DNA of 52,673 nt, filler included, from Squatina squatina (lineage: Eukaryota): the NCBI GenBank assembly GCA_031763465.1. It is 3 parts of 3 records of this genome, joined end to end, with 100 filler letters (N's around TTAATTAATTAA, not from the genome) between each part and the next. Parts side by side here need not be neighbours in the genome. Positions count along the whole stretch, not along the records: positions 38,990 to 52,673 come from JARFOE010000092.1; 2 more parts are not named here. The stretch is one strand, 5' to 3'. Both the position numbers and the translations under genes were made by a program. How positions within the stretch are numbered: position 1 is the stretch's first letter; each line of letters begins with the position of its first letter. The notes under the pieces are model-generated. The model had not been told where the DNA came from. It made no database searches and saw only the letters and a program-made list of their open reading frames with translations. This document shows, piece after piece, positions 47,218 through 52,673 of the stretch.

Positions 47218-47682
47218 ACTTTTTTTTAATTTATTCGTTTTACAGAATGTGGGTGTTGCTGGCAAGGCCAGCATTTGTTGCCCATCCCTAACTGCCCTGG
47301 AGAAGGTGGTGTTGAGCCGCCTTCTTGAACCGCTGCAGTCCATGCAGTGAAGGTGCTCCCACAGTGCCAGCTTTGTCGCAGCGGTTTGGTACAACTGAGT
47401 GGCTTACTTGGCCATTTAGAAGGCAGTTAAAAGTCAACTGCATTATAGGCCAGACCGGATAAGGGCAGCAGATTTCCTTCCCTAAAGGACATTAGTGAAC
47501 CAGATTGGTTTTTACAACAATCCAGTAGTTTCATGGTCACCATTACTGATATGAGCTTTTTAATTGCAGATCTTTGAAAAAAATTAACTGAATTTAAATC
47601 CCACCAGTTGCTGTGGTGGGAATTAAACTCACATCTCTAGGTTACTAGTCCAGTAACATAACCACTAAGCTACCATATCCCC
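47218..47682 (-). mobile_element. tRNA-derived SINE whose tail matches the 11290-11587 LINE family
   Basis: Minus-strand head GGTAGCTTAGTGGTTATGTTACTGGACTAGTAACC...GAGTTTAATTCCC, central GGTTCACTAATGTCCTTTAGGGAAGGAAA, tail GGTTCAAGAAGGCGGCTCA...GGGATGGGCAACAAA. Confidence 0.7.
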
Positions 47683-48668
47683 AAGTCTCCTAATGCCAAC
47701 AAGCACATTTCTATTTGTGCACATTCAGTACACAAAGATTGCTACTCTGATCTTTCGTATTTAGGACACAAAAGGAAAGTATTATGTACTATGGAAGTTT
47801 GATACTGAAAGGAAAATGTGAAATGATAAACTGTCGCACCAAAGAAAAACTGGAGCAAAAACTTCATACTTTTTCCAAACACTTTGTCATTCAGCAATGA
47901 TGAACAACCCTGCCTCATCTACACTCACTTGGGATATGCCAAACTGACAAATACACCAAAGAGAAGTCATCATAGTCAGCATGATGGAGTTCCTGGTTTT
48001 AAAATTTGTGTGTGAGGTTAATCTTCCATTTCAGTCCTTGTACTGAGCTATGATAAATCTCAAACAAGCAACACTCATTTCGATCAAGCTTCTGTCAATA
48101 AGAGAAATAAGCAGTCAACTGAACATCCATTTCAAACAAATCCACTCCAGTCAGACTTCTATGATAGTCGTGATAATTGTCAATATGCGACCAATATTAA
48201 TTGCTGGTACTTAGTTATGTCTACACTTCACTGTAAAAACCTACAGTAATTTGTCACTTTCCAACATCAAAGTAGTTATGATAACCAAACAAGAGTTAGT
48301 ATAGTGGACTCAATTTTACAGCAGATTGTAGCCCAGTGTAGCTGTGTCCTCTTGATTCTCATAGTATGGCATTTAATACACCTCAACCTAGAAAACCAGC
48401 ATTAGCTTCAAAACTCGGACGGGAGCCTCAAAAAAATATGAAGGTGAATATAAGCCTCATGGCACTTAAAGACAAGGAGTTAGTGAGATATAGAGTTATA
48501 ACAAACACTGCAGGTATACCCAACATTCAGTGATCAACTACAGGGGTAAACACCTGCATAAACGTGCAGTTTGCAGTGGTGCTGGATTTAGAAATTACTG
48601 AAGACGGCTGAGTTTTTTTCAAATTCATTCTTGGGATGTGGGCGTCATGAACAATGCCAGCATTTATT

Positions 48669-48782
48669 AACATAGAAAATTGAAGCAGGAGTAGGCCATT
48701 CGGCCCTTCGGGCCTGCTCTGCCATTCAATATGATCATGGCTGATCGTCGAATTCAGTACCCTGTTCCTGCTTTCTCCCCAT
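48669..48782 (-). mobile_element. Short CR1 3' end nested in an older LINE/SINE tail
   Basis: Host repeat 48615-48668 (GGGATGTGGGCGTC...GCCAGCATTTATT) resumes at about 48783 (CTGCCCTCAAGAAGGTGG). Confidence 0.75.
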
Positions 48783-49308
48783 CACTGGCTGCCCTCAAGA
48801 AGGTGGAGGTGAGTGTTCAAGATGCAAGACATATTTTCCACAAGAGGTCTGGGGGCTCACGCAAAAAAGATTGAGCTTTGACATGGTGATGTNNNNNNNN
48901 NNNNNNNNNNNNNNNNNNNNNNNNNNNNNNNNNNNNNNNNNNNNNNNNNNNNNNNNNNNNNNNNNNNNNNNNNNNNNNNNNNNNNNNNNNNNTTGCATTT
49001 ACTTCTTCCAAAAAGTATTGTACCATTCAAAGTTGTTTTATTTATTAAACCCAAAGTTTTCTGATTATACAATTTTATTTTACGTTGATCCTGACAGGCA
49101 CATTTTCGCTCTTAAGCTTACTGCACCCAATTTCTCAGGAAGTACCTGGAAAAGAAAATCAGAAAATCAGAAGGTCTAAATAGTAGAAAATGAGTCCATC
49201 GAAAATGCCATTTTCCACATATGAGGGAAAAGGAGAGAAGCTATGGCAGGAGCAGGTCTTGAGCTTTGAACGACAGTTCCAGCGTGGTTCTCAAACTGGC
49301 CACTAATT

Positions 49309-49490
49309 ACATAGAACTACATAGAAGCTGCAGCACAAAGGCAGGCCATTCATCACAAGGCATCTATGCCAGCGTTTATGCTGCACATGAGCCTCCTCCC
49401 ACCCCTCATCATCTAACCCTATCAGCTTAACCTTCTATACCTTTCTCTCTCATGTGTTTATCTAGCATTCCCTTAAATGTTTTAATGCTA
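49309..49490 (-). mobile_element. Older CR1 3' end
   Basis: ACATAGAACTACATAGAA terminal repeats followed by AGGCCATTC. Confidence 0.65.
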
Positions 49491-50731
49491 TGTATTGCCA
49501 AACTTCAGAAAGCATTCTGGAAGGCATTGCCTGAAAGAAAGTTGAAAAATCCTTTCAAAGCTGAATAAATTTTGGTTATGAATGAGATTGAAGACTGTAG
49601 GGAGCTGTAAAGACAGATGATGAATATTCCAGAGGGAGATGATGAGATGGAAATTGAGATTGACCAATAAAAAGATGGGCTTGTTTTCCTTGGCCTTCTG
49701 CTAATCTTCTCTATGTTTCTAATGCATGTGAAGTTGTGACCAAATAAGCCTCTGTGACCAGCAACTGACCAAGGATGAATATAGGAGGCAAATATTCTGG
49801 AATTTTGCTCAATTCTCTTTTAGTTGATTTACGAAACATCTCCCTCAAGAGATTTCAATGGGTGCAGTGTTCACAATCGGGTAGATTGTAGATAATTTGT
49901 GGAAGGCCTGATTGGCTGTTGTTTCATGTTGTATATTGAATTGCGGCTTACATGGTCTATCAGAACCTACAGGAAATCCCCTCTGTCTGGTGGTTGCTTC
50001 TGTATTCCTAATGTTGGCTCTTTTGGGAGTTGCAGTTTGTTTCTAAGAATAAAGCTTTATTTAATTTTCACGTCTCCCCTTCGCCCTGCCAACTTTTTCC
50101 TTCCACCTGTTTCACTCCCCTTCCTGAAGGTGTTGACTTCTTGTGTGGATCCATGGACACTGCGTGCCTTCTGGTATGTCGCTCAAGTAACTGTTATTTG
50201 TACATGAGTCTTGACAATGATTGTCATCAGGATGTTCAATCACAGCAGAGCCCAACCCCAATTGCGCCTCATGTCCCCACATAAGCATTTCCAACATGGG
50301 ACAGTGTATAAAGGCCAGAACTGAGAACCCTGGCCATTTTATAATCTCTTCCTTCCTCATCCAAAGCCAACTAAGGTGGCAGGTGGGGAATTGTGATGAA
50401 TTGTAGCACCCCTTACTACTATTCCAGCTGAAATTGGCTACCTCAGCACAGATTTGAAATTGAGCTGGCTCTTGCTTGCCTATGTGGGCCAGCTGCTCAC
50501 TGAGTCGTCAGGGATTTTTTTGACTAACTACAATGCGTAATAATAAGGTAATGCAAAAATAACAAAAGCAATGCACTGACCTTTGATCAGGAGGTACATA
50601 AACACAGCAGTAGCAATGTGGAGCAACAGTGTCCCCTGGTGATGGTTTGATTTTATTTCACACTGTTTGCAAACCAAATGATTCCAGTTCCTGAACACAA
50701 TATAATTATGGATGAGGAAAGCCATTTGTCC

Positions 50732-51640
50732 CATAGAAACATAGAAAATAGGAGCAGGAGTAGGCCATTCGACCCTTCGAGCCTGCTCCCCCATTCAATA
50801 TGATCATGGCTGATCTTCCAAATTCAGTACCCTGTTCCCACTTTCTCCCCATATCCCTTGCTCCCTTTAGCCATAAGAGCCATATCTAACTCCTTCTTGA
50901 ATATATTTAATGATTTGGCCTCAACTACCTTCTGTGGTAGAGAATTCCACAGGCTCACCACTCTCTGGGTAAAGAAATTTCTCCTCATCTCAGTCCAAAA
51001 TAGCCCGTATCCTTAGGCTGTGACCCCTGGTTCTGGACTTCACCACCATTGGGAACATCCTTCCTGCATCTAGTCTGTTCACTCCCATCAGGATTTTATA
51101 AGTTTCAATGAGGTGCCCTCTCATTCTTTTAAACTCTAGCAAATATAACCCTAATCATCCCAATCTCTCTTCATACGTCAGTCCTGCCATCCCAGGAATC
51201 ATCGTATTGCATTCATCCTAAATGAGCCTGGCGTCCTTCCATTGCAGCATCCAATTAGTTTTAGTTCTTCAGTGATTCATGGTTCTTGCCTCCACTACTC
51301 TGGCTGAGAGCCCATTTCAGGTGTTTAATGTTCTTTGTGTGAAGAACTTTCTTCTAGCAATCCTAAACTTGCCTTTTACTACTTTGAACTTGTAAACCCT
51401 GTTCTACACTTTAGGTGTGATTTAATTTAATGTAATTTTCCAGATTTACCTTTTCCATGCCATGTACTATTGTATATATTTTTATAAGATCATCTCAATC
51501 TCTCCAGTCTTCCACTCAGATTGTTGGCACTCTTCTTTGTAGTACCTCCAGTGCTTGACTGTCTCCTGGTCTTGGTGACCAGAACTGGATGTAGGTGTGG
51601 TCTGATCAGAGCACTATAGAATTTGATAATGGTTTCCTCT
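50732..51640 (-). mobile_element. CR1 3' end (50732-51200) followed by an older CR1 fragment
   Basis: CATAGAAACATAGAAAATAGGAGCAGGAGTAGGCCATTCG...; further on, a decayed KFYSALIRPHL on the minus strand. Confidence 0.85.
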
Positions 51641-51645
51641 GACTT

Positions 51646-52255
51646 GAGCCCCGATTTTTTACCTGGGGTGTGAGTGTGGCATGCGAGGGCCAGGGAGGGA
51701 GAGAAGCGCCCACAAAGGTGTGGCCAGCGTGGGCTCCGGGCCATTTGCCTGCACTGACACCTGCCCGAAGTTGGCAGAGGTGAAGTGGAGTTCGTCTAGA
51801 GAAGGTGGGAAATCTTCCAGCTGCAGGCTACTGGGGACCAAAGGAAACAGTCCCTGGCAAGGGAAGTGACAGGTCAGGTCCAAGACAGTCATGGTCAGAG
51901 GAGGGGGAAGGGATGCCTGGGGCACATTAGGCCAATGATTACTTTTGTGGGCCCAAAGGAGCACGCCTGTTCCTTCCCGAGTGCTCTCACCCCACAAGTA
52001 AACCTTGGGCCTCCTTTGCTTCAGGCTTCCATCCCCTCCCCTGATCAGTATTCCTCTCCCCGAGACTCTCCTTACGGCCAGGGATCGTGCCCAAATTTCT
52101 GCTGCCACCCTCCAGCCAGGCAGTGATTCCTGCCAGGTTTGGGCAGTAGTCTGATCCTGAATACGGAAATGACCAGCACGGCCTCCACGTGCATGGCCTT
52201 GCTGGGGTTTTCGACAGATTTGGATCATCCCTGTCGCCTCGTTAATATTAGGGCC
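51646..52255. mobile_element. GC-rich non-autonomous TIR-like element
   Basis: Degenerate inverted ends GCCCCGATTTTTTAC / GTTAATATTAGGGCC bound a GC island. Confidence 0.45.
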
Positions 52256-52312
52256 AATGTTATCTGCCTCTACTGCCGTACCAATGCTGGAATCAGAGAT
52301 GCATAGGTTTCT

Positions 52313-52673
52313 AAGAACATAAGAACATAAGAAAGAGAAGCAGGAGTAGGCCATTCGGCCCTTCGAGCCTGCTCCGCCATTCAACAAGGTCATGGCTGAT
52401 TTTCTACCTCAATGCCATTTTCCTGCACTATCCCCATATCCATTGATTCCTTTATTATCTAGAAACTTATCAATCTCTGTTTTGAATGTACTCAATGACT
52501 AAGCCTCCACAGCTCTCTGGGGTAGAGAATTCCAAAGATTCACTATCCTCTGAGTGAAAAAATTTCTCCTCATCTCAGTTCTAAATGGCCTACCCTTATT
52601 CTGAGACTGTGTCCCCTGGTTCTAGACCCCCAGCCAGGGGAAACATCCTTCCTGCTTCTACCCTGTCGAGCCC
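52313..52673 (-). mobile_element. CR1 LINE 3' end (runs off the window)
   Basis: TAAGAACATAAGAACATAAGAA octamer repeats, then GCAGGAGTAGGCCATTCGGCCCTTCGAGCC. Confidence 0.92.

Noticed and set aside
47897-47947. Possible C/D snoRNA (ATGATGA...CTGA)
   Set aside because: Boxes are only about 40 nt apart, there is no properly placed terminal stem, and I recognise no rRNA guide or GAS5 snoRNA match.
51659-52393. 244-aa minus-strand ORF
   Set aside because: Starts in a CR1 3' tail and crosses a GC-rich repeat; a chimeric chance ORF.

Overview
This is vertebrate genomic DNA, not microbial. The repeat families (SacSINE1/DeuSINE-like SINEs, CR1 and L2 LINEs, Penelope elements, GC-rich TIR elements) point to a cartilaginous fish, probably a shark; that is an inference. 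The assembly is fragmentary: contigs of about 0.5-3 kb are joined mostly by 100-N placeholder gaps. Two artificial N44-TTAATTAATTAA-N44 linkers (16118-16217, 38890-38989) split the window into three blocks that need not be neighbours. Block 1 (1-16117) carries a minus-strand gene cluster: ZBTB37 (BTB exon and zinc-finger exon; a middle exon is missing), three consecutive RABGAP1L exons, and the 5' part of the intronless GPCR GPR52, in the position expected for its nesting in a RABGAP1L intron. The supplied ORF track misses GPR52 and two of the RABGAP1L exons, and most of its other ORFs are spurious or transposon-derived. Block 2 (16218-38889) is AT-rich, has no recognisable gene and looks like a conserved-noncoding-element landscape. 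Block 3 (38990-52673) is retrotransposon-dense, with a few weak orphan exon candidates. I found no confidently novel biological system. The best leads are a uORF whose stop overlaps the GPR52 start codon, minisatellites apparently seeded from one SINE family, a possible gene-order difference around ZBTB37/RABGAP1L, and several unassigned exon candidates. Gene and repeat names come from recalled sequence similarity; no database searches were run. Repeat boundaries are approximate.
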